This document shows, one piece after another, positions 47,522-59,330 of a DNA stretch of 64,000 nt. The stretch's first letter is position 1, and each line of letters starts with the position of its first letter. A program made the translations under genes and the position numbers. Source of the DNA: Pavona decussata (Eukaryota); assembly GCA_977016875.1 (NCBI GenBank), contig CDRNST010000095.1, forward strand, positions 62,001-126,000, given 5' to 3'. The notes under the pieces are model-generated. The model was not told where the DNA came from. It did not search any database and saw nothing but the letters and a program-made list of their open reading frames with translations.

Positions 47522-50516
47522 AAAGTAAGCTGGTTTGCACTTCAACGACGTCGACATATTTACCCTTCCGAAAACAAAAGGAACTAGTTTTAAAGTGTAA
47601 GGTGACATCCGGCCTTAGAAAAGTCTAGTTTTTCTTCACAAGTTGGAAAATGTGAGGCGAACACTGAGATTTTCAACCAAACTAATGAACAATTAAACAA
47701 GTACAATCCATCATGATCAGTTTATTAGGTCAGTGTGCAATAGGAGCCACTGTCTGAAATAAAAAAGGCGTCCTTTTCAGAACGGAAACCTAGACTACTT
47801 TGCCACTGAACGTTTAATTTGTTCAAAGGGAAATAACTTGGATGCGTGTCCAAGGATAAGCTGAGAACATTAGAGGTCGCTACTCTTAATAATAAGCTCA
47901 ATTTTAAGAAAGCTCTTAATGAGTTTAAGTGTCATAAAACAGTTTTAACCGCCCACTATTTCCTTTGAGCGAACTGATTAAGATAAATTTTACCGTTAGC
48001 TGCCAACAAAGCGACATGAAGCTTATCCTCCGCCTTTCAAAAACGGCCTTACAAGCTTGAGAGAACTTTTGTAGAACGAAGCCCTAGAATTAAACGTCTT
48101 TTTATGGGAAGTAGGAAGTCACATCCGACACCTCCCTCACAAAATAGCGTGCACTTCGGCTTGTTTTCGTCGTTCTTCAAGAAGTCGTTTACAGTTACAA
48201 ACATCATTCTGTTTGCTTGTGGGCTAATATCGCCTTAATATTTCCTATCAGGAAATACGGCACACGCGCGTGCTGAAGGAAGCGCGGCTTGTGTGTTCCT
48301 CGCCAATCGTTAATCCTGTCAAAACTTATTAAAGTACCGCATTGCACACCATAGTAAAATTCATAGTAGGATATCAGGGGTTTTTTTTGCTACAAAAGAT
48401 GTAACTTAGCACTGTCTTCTGGAATGCTGTCATATTTGGGATTATTCTTACAGCTCCGGAATTCTGGAACACTCTTGTGATTCAAGATTCACGGGATAAG
48501 TGTAAGCGACCGCGTTGCTCTAAATCACGCCTGTAAAAAGATTAACACCGAAATTCAGCACTTATGCGTCCTAAGCCTATCCGCCTGTGGGGATTATTAG
48601 GCCATAGCTCAAGGTTTGTATGGGATTTATCTGATAAGAAATGTCAATTTTCCGAATAGATTTAGTTGAGGTAACAACGATTTATGGCAGTGTGACATTC
48701 ATGGTGGCATGTTCTTTGATTTTCACTGTAAAAAAAGAGAAAAAACATCACTTACTTTTATGTCGGGAACTTCTGGTTTTTTTTTTTGGTGTTTACCGTA
48801 AACTTCCAAGAGTCTTAACAGGGGTGGTTGGGAGGTGGTAGAAAAAGGCGGAGACCAATTTGTCTCCACGACATTCTCCTCACGGCCGCAACAGATTCTC
48901 TCGGCGTCGCCACCCAAATTTAGCCTTTCCCGAACAATACCTTGACGGCTGCGAAGTGCTATTTTAAAGATATAGACATCAACACAGTCACTATTTTTAA
49001 CAACTGCGGGATAGTGTGGGAAGGAATCGCGACGGTCAGGAAAAGTAGTGCTATTTTGGAGGGAAAAAATGACACTTTTTTGTAGTAGATTCATTGAAGA
49101 TTATACTGGTCTCAAAGCTGGATGAACTATAAGTGCGTGCGTAAAGCATGAGCTGCCTCAATAATCGGCTTATATAAAGCATAGGTCTCAATCAGATTAA
49201 ACGTTATCAATTATTTTGTCACATTTTTATCGTTAGCGGAGCGAATTTTTGCTGTTAGCCACCAATGAAGGATCTTTCGTTTAGGATCAACTTACCTGAG
49301 ACAGCAAGTACTGTACTTAACAGCAAGCAATGTAATCGTTTTTTCGGACGATGCCAAAAAAAAAAAAATAAATAAATAAAAGCAACAGCAACAAAAAAAC
49401 AACAGCAAAAAAGTCGGCAGCACAAATCCAAATAACTTGTAACCGCTTCCCGTCGGATGTGGACGGGCACATTAAATTAAGACGCTTGTCGTCTCCTGAT
49501 ACATGAACCTTGTTTTTCTCTACCCAGGTGTATGAAAGCGGATCAAAGTGACGTCATTTATTCGTATTATACAAGGAATGGAAAGCGCGCGTTTTACTAC
49601 AAGGGGGCAGTTATTTTTAATTCTTGACAATTTTTGTTGCACAGTATTATCAGTTAATCTCAGTTATAAGATTAATTTATTATTAAGTGTACCAGAATGT
49701 GTTTAGGTTTCCCTAACAGCTCGCTAGTGTGGAGTGACTGCTGAACATTCCATTCGGGAGGTAGTAAGACTGAAGTGTTACGTAAGAACGGTCAAGTTTA
49801 TTAAAGATTTAAACACATACAAAGAGAAGGTAAGCACTGCTCGCAGTTAGCTACAGCTATTCGAGGCGAGCAGTGGTTTTGGCGCATAACAAACAACAGC
49901 AGTTCAACCTTACAGAATCAAAAAGGTAACTTACAATACAGTAACAGGCAAAACAAGAAAAAGGAAAATACAATGACAAAGAACTAGGATTAGATGTGTG
50001 CAGTTAAAGAAACGAGATTTACGATAAGAAGATACTTAGCCGATCACTGGGTCATACTGGTGTGTATGAGCTCAGGTCCGTGGGGGGGGGGGGGGGGGAG
50101 TACTTGATCCTCCAAATTGTTGTGGGGTTATCACTGCCTCTTGAAACTCTTACCCAAGTTTGTACAAAAATTGGCAATTCTTCCGACATATCTTCAGAAC
50201 AAAATGTATAATTTTCACTGCCGATTCTCAGACCTGGGGGCCACTTCTCGAAAGTCGGGATATCTTACCGGACCCGAGAGGAATCTTGAGAGGAATCAAA
50301 GAGCACTTAAAGTTGTGGTCTACTTATTCCCTGTGATGTTTAGTACATATCTACCAGTGTAGCTTAGGAACGAGCGAATTAGGAATTCTAAGTTAATTAT
50401 GAATGTTTTCCTTTCCATGCAGCAGAAAGGTTGTTTCGTAGACAACTCCATTCGTGATCCCAGAGTTCTTCCCTTTTGTACATAAGTCTTGTAATGCGCA
50501 GTCAGGCCAAAACCTC

Positions 50517-50612
50517 TAGTAGTAGTAGTTCTTTATATAAGCTCAGGTAAAAATCTTCAGTAATGACAATAGTATTTTAATTACAATCATTTGTAAAAAT
50601 TAAAATGACTAT

Positions 50613-50647
<35 letters not shown>

Positions 50648-50667
50648 CGAATGTTTCTAGTGCGCAG

Positions 50668-50699
<32 letters not shown>

Positions 50700-50700
50700 G

Positions 50701-50732
<32 letters not shown>

Positions 50733-51030
50733 CAGTAAGGCACCACTATAACTAAAGCTACGTTTCAAATAGTGCGCGGCTTGGGTAAGGTTAACTTACG
50801 GAAAGAATCACACAAGTCATAGTCTGTGTGTCGCTCACTGAATAATTCATGCGAGTAGACTGGGGCTAACCCGTTGAGGGACTTAACCATCATCATAGCT
50901 TTTTGCTTTCTTCTTCTTAAAGATAGCTGGTCCCACTTGAATGTTTCGAGAAGCAGGCTTGAGTTTACCTCACAGTTGGCTTGCAGAATATCCCTAGCTG
51001 CTCGGTTGTGCAATTTTTGTAGTTTCTCAC
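50517..51030 (-). mobile_element. L2/Crack-type LINE 3' fragment
   Basis: KLQKLHNRAARDIL...LSLRRRKQKAMMMVKSLNGLAPVY...LPKPRT / LKRSFSYSGALLWNSLPESIR (one frameshift); (CTA)n tail. Confidence 0.8.
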
Positions 51031-51473
51031 ATAGATCTCATTCTGGGGTCGAGAATGAGACAACTCTTACCGCCAAAGCAGGGCATGCGCGTAAAGCGCG
51101 GTCAAATATTTTAAGCATTTTTTTATAAATTTCTAATTTATTGAGGCTCGCGGATTCAACGTTTACTCCGTGAGACCCAAATTAAACATCACGTTTATTT
51201 CGAGGAATTCTAGTGATATCATGCACGTATTTCTTGTAGGTGTTTTGTTGTTTACACCACGGTACGGGAACGTGATTTTCACTACAACAGTTAAGTATAA
51301 ACTAAGTTCCCAATGTAATCCTGTTCAAACTCCCTGATGTTATGACGTCTGTACTCATCAGACAAAACCGCTCGGAAAATAAAATCTGAGCCAACATGAT
51401 TTCGTTGCTGTCGGTGCCGCTCACTAACGCCATGGGCAGATCAATCCAAAAAAAAAAAAAACTTTTGGATAGA

Positions 51474-51578
51474 TCACCGGCCTAGGCCGATCCGTACTGG
51501 GAAATTCTGTGCCGAGGTCTTGAGTACTCAAGACGGAGGGCACAGTTTTTCCCAAAACGGACCGACCTAGGCCGGTGA
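51474..51578. repeat. Imperfect 105-bp palindrome (dispersed repeat)
   Basis: TCACCGGCCTAGG...GTCTTGAGTACTCAAGAC...CCTAGGCCGGTGA. Confidence 0.7.
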
Positions 51579-52514
51579 ATAACATTTTTATCGTTTCCGC
51601 AAGAAAACAAGGCCCATGTCTTGTAAACTCACGCAACAAATCAGCCCAGGTCGAAAACATTCCGCCCGCTGCCTGAACCAATCAGATTCCATGATTTACA
51701 GAATTCTGCCCGCTCGCGAGCTAGAAAAAAAAAAATTCTGCAAAACACGACTCCAGTGAAAGTTCAAGGCTCTGTAGAATGTTTATTTCGTGTTTTCACT
51801 GCCTCAACCCGATGTTCATGAAAATGCGGACTCTTACACAAGAAGCTATCTAGTTCAACATTGAGGAGCGTGGGTGGGGGGTTTGAGCGGAATAGAGGGA
51901 AGGGGGGGGGGGGAAGGAGGGGGACTCTGTACATACATAGGTGGGTTCCGATCGTTAGCCAAGTGTTCTTAGTGATTGTGACAAGCATTGTAGATTCCTA
52001 CATGGCCAGGGTGTGTGCTAGTGTGATCAATTCACTACCCGGCAACAATAATTACTGAGAACAGGTAGTCTGATTCAGAACAAAACGTACAATTATTTAT
52101 TTGTAGTAAGGAGATACTGGGTGTAAAGGCGTCCTTCTTCTTAGCATTATGTAACTTTTATACTTTTAGTGAAGAGCTACACGGTTATTAGCTGTCCGTG
52201 TCAAATTGTTGCAGAGCCTAGCGCCCTGGGCCCAGTTGTCAAAAGCCGATTGTTTTGCTAATACGTGATTAAAAGTACGTTAATTGAGGTTTTCATCTCG
52301 GTTGCTAAAATGCTTTCTAAAGCTAATTTTAAGTCAATGGCAAAGAAAAGTGTACGTCAAAACTTACAGGCAAAAAATCTTAGTAAACCCGAATCAAAGT
52401 TCACGTTAACCCAGGATTAGCTTAATGGGGCTTTGACAACAAACAACTATACAACAAATAGGTACGCAATACGTCCAAAATACAATTTTGACTGAATTAT
52501 TGTTTTTCTTGAGG

Positions 52515-52638
52515 TAGACTGCAAGCAGTCCCTTTCTGGTTAGTCGACGGGGTGCGCTCACAGCGCAGCGAGACTGGAGGGAGGAGAAATAAACGAGAAG
52601 AGACTGGGGGAGAGGCGGAAAGGACTGCCTGCAGTCTA
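52515..52638. mobile_element. Mutator-like MITE
   Basis: Exact 9-bp TSD TTCTTGAGG; TIR TAGACTGCA(A/G)GCAGTCC. Confidence 0.8.
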
Positions 52639-52666
52639 TTCTTGAGGCAGAGAGCGAAACGGTTTC

Positions 52667-52852
52667 AAAAGCTTGATTGACTTTTGTTATTAAATTAAGC
52701 AGAAAAACTAACGCGGAGAGATTTCGACGTTTCGATGACATCCTGTCTACTTACTTATGTAAATTTTCTTCATTTTCTTGATAATGATGACAGGATGTCA
52801 TCGAAACGTCGAAATCTCTCCGCGTTAGTTTTTCTGCTTAAAAGCTTGATTG
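52667..52852. mobile_element. Penelope-like element remnant: inverted pLTR fragment between 13-bp direct repeats
   Basis: Perfect 53-bp inverted repeat (52695-52747 / 52789-52841); AAAAGCTTGATTG at 52667-79 and 52840-52; GATGAC-aggat-GTCATC-GAAACGTCG motif. Confidence 0.55.
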
Positions 52853-55800
52853 TTATCGAAAATAGATTCCAAAAATGTAAAATGAAGGTGTGGTGAAAGT
52901 GAAATCATTTTCAAAAAGTTTCAACTTTTTCTGTTTCTGTTGCTATGTATAAAGGCGTTAATTCTTTGTTTCCAGCGTTTAGGTTTTAGATTTTTAGTGC
53001 GACGATACCTGTCTTTAAGTTTCGTACAGTTTGTTCTGATATCCGTTTTGTTTTAGAAATCAAGTTTTAGTTTTTGCTACTTATAGAATTCTTCTTATGA
53101 AAGTCCGAGCGCGTGGATGAGAATTCCACAAAACACGGTACTCTGATAGCGAGCTCTTACTAACGCATTTTTAGCAACAGTTACCTTTAAGTATATAGAA
53201 GAACTTAAAGTCAATTTGTTTCACATGATCATAAATGGAGGATTTTTTCGGTATTTCACAAAATACTAGTCGGTAGACACCTTTGGTGAGGTCACATTTC
53301 GACCGCCAGTTGTGATTGTTTGCCCTGTCAATCCACAAGTTGAATTAGAAGAAGCCTTTTTCTTTTTTCTTCTGTAGTGTTATCACCAGTTGTCTCCTTT
53401 CACAGCCGTTTTCCAGCAATCATTTTGTGTCATGGCACTTCTTTGCTGCAATTCAAAATTTGCTTCACGCTGTTTGCACTGAATTGAGATCATTATTCGT
53501 TTGTGTAACGAATAGTCTCTGATTTCTCCTTGGGATACTAAGACCTGCACAATACGCTTTTGTTTTCGTCGTAGAATCCCAAAAGTCACATCATGAATCA
53601 CTCAGTGTGGTTATAACTTTGAGATCTACATGCGGATGTAATCCTAAAGTGTGACCATTCAAATAAAAGCTACTGCGCAGTACGTTTATGGTTGAAATCT
53701 TTAGGTGTGACTATTCCAACGAAAGCTACTGAGGCCGACCTTTTAGTTTCTCTGGATTTGGGGGACTCGCAGGTGAAACAAGCTTGTCATCGCATTGAAC
53801 TCAAATGTGTGAATTAAATTTCCTCTCGTTCCTAATTTCGACTAATTGCATTCAGTTAACAAGTGAAGATGACTCCTCATAATTGGTAAAAAACGCCATG
53901 CAGAAGGATTATTGAAGATTGCCAAAAGTGGTTAAAAAAGGAAAAGAAGGTCCGTGTGTTTTTTGTTTTTTCGGCGATTTGCGCTTTTTAACGGGAATAT
54001 GTCACAAAGATCATCGGCCGAAAGTTGGCGTCACAGAAGCATAGCGGATCTACTAACAAATACGTTATGAATAATTTTTGATACCTCGATTTTCGATATT
54101 TGAGAGCAAATTGAATCAAGATCATTCTATGTACTTAAGGTAATCCTTTTTAATGAACTGATGCTGAAATTTAAATAACGAAACGCCACGTTTTGTGAAA
54201 TTCTCACACGCATGCCAAAAGTCTCAGTTAATTCATAACAAGAGCGGGCTGTTCACAAGTTTGGCATTCCATTCAAACGCTTGAAGCTTCAAACCATCTT
54301 GTACAACATAATAAGCAGTACCGTGGGAAAGCAGTGCGCGATAGTTTCCATCTGAAAGGTCACACCTTTAAGGGGGTTTACATGGGCCCTAAAGTTACGA
54401 CCACCTTGTATAGAATAATAAACAGCTTGATGGGAAGAACTGCTCAGTTGCTTTCATTTCAATGTGCTCGACATTATTTAGGATCTCATTAACAGAATCC
54501 AAATTATACTACAGAAAAATCATTAGAACGTTAGAGTACCGCTCAAAAACTTTATTTGAATGTTCAGTTTTAAAAGCTTCGTCTACAAACTCAACAAATA
54601 AAACGTTGTATGTGATTGTGAGTCCAAGGGACGCAAAGAAACTACAAAGCTGGTTACAGACCAGTATGAAGTTAAATTTCTTTAATTAAGGGTATAGAAG
54701 TGCGGTCGACTCAATATAATTGCTGCAAAATGCTTATGAAAAGTGATAACTCACGGTAATAATGCCAGAAGAAGAAAAAGAAAGTTTCTTCGGATGTTAT
54801 CTTGTTTACATTGATTAACATAATTAACGGGACTACTTTAATGAAATATCTGATGTCGGCTGAGATGTGACGTCACAAAAGGAATCGACCGACTACTGTT
54901 TTGTGAAGCGGAGAAAATCTGGATTCCCACATTGGAGAGCAAATTAAAATATCATATATACTTAACATAATCCTGTTTAATGAATTGATACCAAAAGTTT
55001 AGGTTTTTCAGAACGCCACGTTTTGTAAAATTCTCACCCATGTGAAAAAATTTTCACGTTATTAATAGTAATATAATAAGAATTAACAACACGAAAATCA
55101 TCTTATGGAGAAGTTAAAAAACCAAAAAACATGGAAACGCAAACTTGAAAATAAACTGTTGTTCGAAATTAAAATGGCTTAAAGGAAGCTGTCTTAGTTA
55201 ATAAAAATGCCACAAAGCGTCTTAAAAAAGAAAACACTGTACAACTCTTCGTGTAAAGTAAAGTACAAGAATATTACGCATCTATAAAAGCTAAAAACAA
55301 AATCCTTATGATTCCTCATTTTGCGCCAGTTTTGGGTTTCTTCCTACATTCAAGCAACTAAGCAATGGCTGTCTAGAGTTGGAAATCTCTTTATTCTATC
55401 TCCAGGCACTAAACTTAAACAACATCTTGCGTAATATCAAGATAATTTCAAATAACCTTCGTCAAGAGCCCAAGACCCATGACCCCTGTCTTCGTTTGAA
55501 TGGTCACACGATAAGAATTCATCTTCAGTATATACTCAAATGTTAGAAGCAGCTCTGGAGGCCAAAAACGAGCATGAATTATAAATTTAAGTTACGCATT
55601 CTTAGCAGGCACATCTACGGACTCGAAATTTAGATAAAATTCTCAATTCTTTGCTCTGAGAGTTAACTGAAGGGCAACGATTTCGTCAAATACCAGAAGT
55701 TCGTGTTTTGGACATCACAGTGCGTCACACTTTTTTCATTTCAAAGGATATCATTAACAACTGAAAGCCTTTTCAGAGTATCGTTTAACATTTCCCATAA

Positions 55801-56083
55801 ACATTCATTAGTTTTCCCACCGTAATACTTTGCTCAAATTGTTTGTAGAGTCTTAACACCCAGGAGGGAATTTCAAATCCGTTAGGGTGACTAAATTAAG
55901 TCGGGTCTTTTCAAAAGATCAAAGCATTTTAAACGCTAAATTTTTCTTCAAAATAAGCTAAAGAGATTTGTTTTATCATCTAATAAATTAAAACCATTAA
56001 CCGTGGCCACGATCAATAAAAAAATTGGCAGGGTAAACGACTAAACTGCTTTATTGGAAAACGTTGTTTATGTACACATTGTA

Positions 56084-56265
56084 CAGAAGAACCTCTCCTT
56101 ACGAACACCTCTATAATACGGACACTTCTCTATTACGGACAGTTCATTTGGTCCCTGAGAGACCGAAATATAATCCATATAAAGCCTACTTCTCTAAAAC
56201 GGACACTTCTATAATACGGACACTTATTCCTGTCCCTTGGTGTCCGTAATAAAGAGGTTCGACTG
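56084..56265. mobile_element. Tc1/mariner (pogo/Tigger-like) MITE
   Basis: TA|CAG..GAACCTCT...AGAGGTTCGACTG|TA; internal TACGGACAC repeats. Confidence 0.75.
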
Positions 56266-56608
56266 TAGTTAAATTTTGAATGCAATGAACGCCAAATTGC
56301 ATCCACCTACATTCAAACTCACACTCACAAAAACTTACTTGAGCTCTCTGAGGCACGAGCTCTTGCAAGAAACAGATCTCGGTCGCAAAATTAGTTACAG
56401 GTTTATTTTTCAGCCGGCAAATGCTGCTGGCAATGATGACTTTTCCTCAGGTTGTCGAGACATCAGTCGATGACGTCTGCAAAAATCCTTCCCGGGATTA
56501 CACTCACCCGGATGAATGAGTCACACTTCAGTTGTCTACGTTTAATATGCGCGACTTCTGGTTTCAAATCATTAACAATGTTGCAATTAACAGATGAGGG
56601 GAAAGTAG

Positions 56609-56641
<33 letters not shown>

Positions 56642-58467
56642 CAGTTAACGTCCAATCTCGGGCTTATAACGTTTATAGGCAGCTTTCAAACAAGGCAATG
56701 GTTTATAAATTCACTATATTTTCGATTCACTATATTTTCGACACGACAAAAGGACTAAACGAAATCTGTAGGCTGAGTCGACGAAGGGAGTTGAGCAGCA
56801 GCGCATGACCTTCTTCTTACACAAAGCCTGGATATACTGACTATGCTACCAAGTAAACATAACCAAGGGTGTTACGAGACTTCCAATATCTCAATGCTTA
56901 CTGCATCCGAATTGTACACGAGAGGTCATGAGCGCGATTCCCATCGGAGCTATGCTAAAAATGGCAGTGCAATCAAGTTTAGACAGTTTAGTGTCACTTT
57001 TAATAGCTATAACATGCATTTGTGTTGATGGGTATGTTAAAATAATGGTTCAGTTTCGTTAACAATAACCCTACTAGTGCACAGAATCTCTTATTAATCA
57101 TCATTGACTGCGGATGGCTAGGATAGAAACGGATTGCAACTTGAAAAAATTGGCCATAATTTGCAAGTTCCTTCTGAGTATTTTGGAATTGCTAAAAACT
57201 GATTATAGTTTATCCTTCCTGGGAGAAATAATTTCATTTCCACCTGGTGCTCTAGAGTGATTTCATCGTTATAAGAAAAGTGGTTCTTAATCACTGAAAT
57301 ATTTGAGCAGCCGGTCTTTGACCAACATGCAGCAAAATATGTCTTCGAGCTATTTCAGCCTTTTTTGGCTATAGCTACTGTGACATGATGCATTGTCGCT
57401 GACAGCCCCCCTCCCTCGGCTGGGGTGGGGGTGCTTCCTATAATGGACTTTAAGGACAGTAAGGTACATGGTTAAGCCAGTTGTCCTTTAGACGGATTTA
57501 TTAAGGTTGTTGTTTTCTGGGACCATTGCAGCCATAGCGCCTTTTCTTGCCCTTACTTTGTTACCAGATACAATCCCTTGCCTCCAAAATTTGGCGTTGT
57601 CTGTAATAAGGCCAGTCCAGATTATCGGGGTCCTGGGAAAAAGGTTCAGAAAGATGCTACTGCTAATTTGGGCAAAACAAACCAATCAAGCCTTGCTAAG
57701 TTTTTTGATAAAAGTTTTGTTTTTTCACGTTTTTACAACTGGTCAGGGTCATACACATTTTAGATTAGATTATGTCCATTCCTGACTGCAATTTCAGTAT
57801 TTTTCAACCAATCAAGTGTTTCTCCGCTTTTGATACGTGGGCATGTTGATTCAGAGCAAAACAAATCCCAAACTTTCTCTTTTTGTGGTACCTAAGGAGC
57901 AAACTCAACTAACCTACTATTTTTTTTGTGTGCGGAAACGGGTAGAGTTCCCTCAACATTGAAAGTTTTAAATGTTTTGAAATGTTTCTGCTGCTGTTTC
58001 TTCTTTGGCAGGGGAAATGGCACCGGGCTACTTAACAAGTTTGAAAAATACTATACCCCAGTCACTAAGATCTTGCGTAGTTTATTAAATTTGCTTGCGC
58101 AAGCTGTGGTGCCTGTTTTGTCGGCTAGACTAACTGGCATCACGCTAAACGAATCCTGGAGCACCTTTCCACTGACAAGAATTCCAACATTTCACTTCAC
58201 CTAGCTTTATATTCTAAAGATTGTTTATCCATCTTGGACATCACCTCCACTCCCTTCCAGCTCATAATCAACGAGGCGTTGCACATTCATTGCGAAAAAC
58301 CCTCTCTCAATAGGCAAATTTTTCATGTAAATCATTCATTCGCTATTTAGTTTTGTTTGTTTACGCAGTATATATTTTCTGTTCCGTTCCTTTATTATCT
58401 TCACGCCGTAGTTAGCTATATATTTTGCTTTTCTTGTTACGTTGTAATTAGCTATATGCTCTACATT

Positions 58468-58707
58468 TAGAGCGGTTTTCAATTGAGTGTCCAAAATAAT
58501 TTCGCGTTTGGTTTGGTCTTGAATTACTACGCTCTGTGATTGGTTAAAAAAACTCGCGCCATTTTCTCAACCAATGTGAATCCAAACCAAAACCAATCGT
58601 GTTTTGGCCGCACGCGTTTTCCCGCGCTTGGCGCCAGTTACATGTTAGAATGGCCAGAGTAATTACTTTGGTTTTGGAGTTACGACACTCAATTGGAAAC
58701 CGCTCTA
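58468..58707. mobile_element. MITE (TAGAGCGGTTTTCAATTGAGTGTC family)
   Basis: 24-bp TIR with 1 mismatch; degenerate relatives at about 435-1155, 1490-1600 and 5290-5490. Confidence 0.75.
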
Positions 58708-59089
58708 TTTTCACGTTGTAATTAGCTGTATTCCTAAGACTATTGTATCCTTCTTGCATCAAGTCATATCACACCCACTAGCGGGTCACGTTACTTGTAC
58801 TGAAGATGGAGTTTCATCCGAAACGAAAATTTTCTCGTATATGCTGAGATTCTCCACGAAGTGCAAGATATAATGTGATTTTCCTCAAACTGAGAGCAAA
58901 AAATAATAAGCTTTTAACATTTTTTCGAAAGACATTTGTTAATAAATAGCGTGATCAGGGTCGCTCAACAGTTCATCTCGGAGGATGTCTGTTCAAAAGG
59001 CCTAAGAAATTAGGATTTGGTCCTAAAGAACATCTTAAGTTTTCTTCGGCAAAGTGTAAGCTCAAAATTTCGTAATACCGGTTAACTAA

Positions 59090-59330
59090 GGGGCTGTTTA
59101 CATGAAAGGAGGAAGATCCTAGCACTAGGAAGATCCTAGAGGGCGGATCATCCTAGCTAGCACCACATTTTTCCTCTATTCAGTTTACATACAAAAAGTT
59201 GCACTTGGCCCTAGCGCTAGGATCTTCCTAGAGATAGGAACTTCCTAGCTAGAGATAGGAAGATCCTAGCACTAGGAGGATCCTTGCACCATGTAAACTA
59301 CTTTCGCTCGGAAGATCATAGTACTAGGGA
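59090..59330. repeat. MITE-like end with internal AGGAAGATCCTAG repeats in both orientations
   Basis: GGGGCTGTTTACATG...CATGTAAAC; several GGAAGATCCTAG(C/A) copies and one inverted CTAGGATCTTCC. Confidence 0.55.

Noticed and set aside
47319-47587. Poly-Q / poly-V ORFs
   Set aside because: Translations of a (CAA)n microsatellite.
48723-49094. 123-aa ATG ORF with a nearby TATA-like sequence
   Set aside because: No recognisable domain or convincing splice context; left unannotated.
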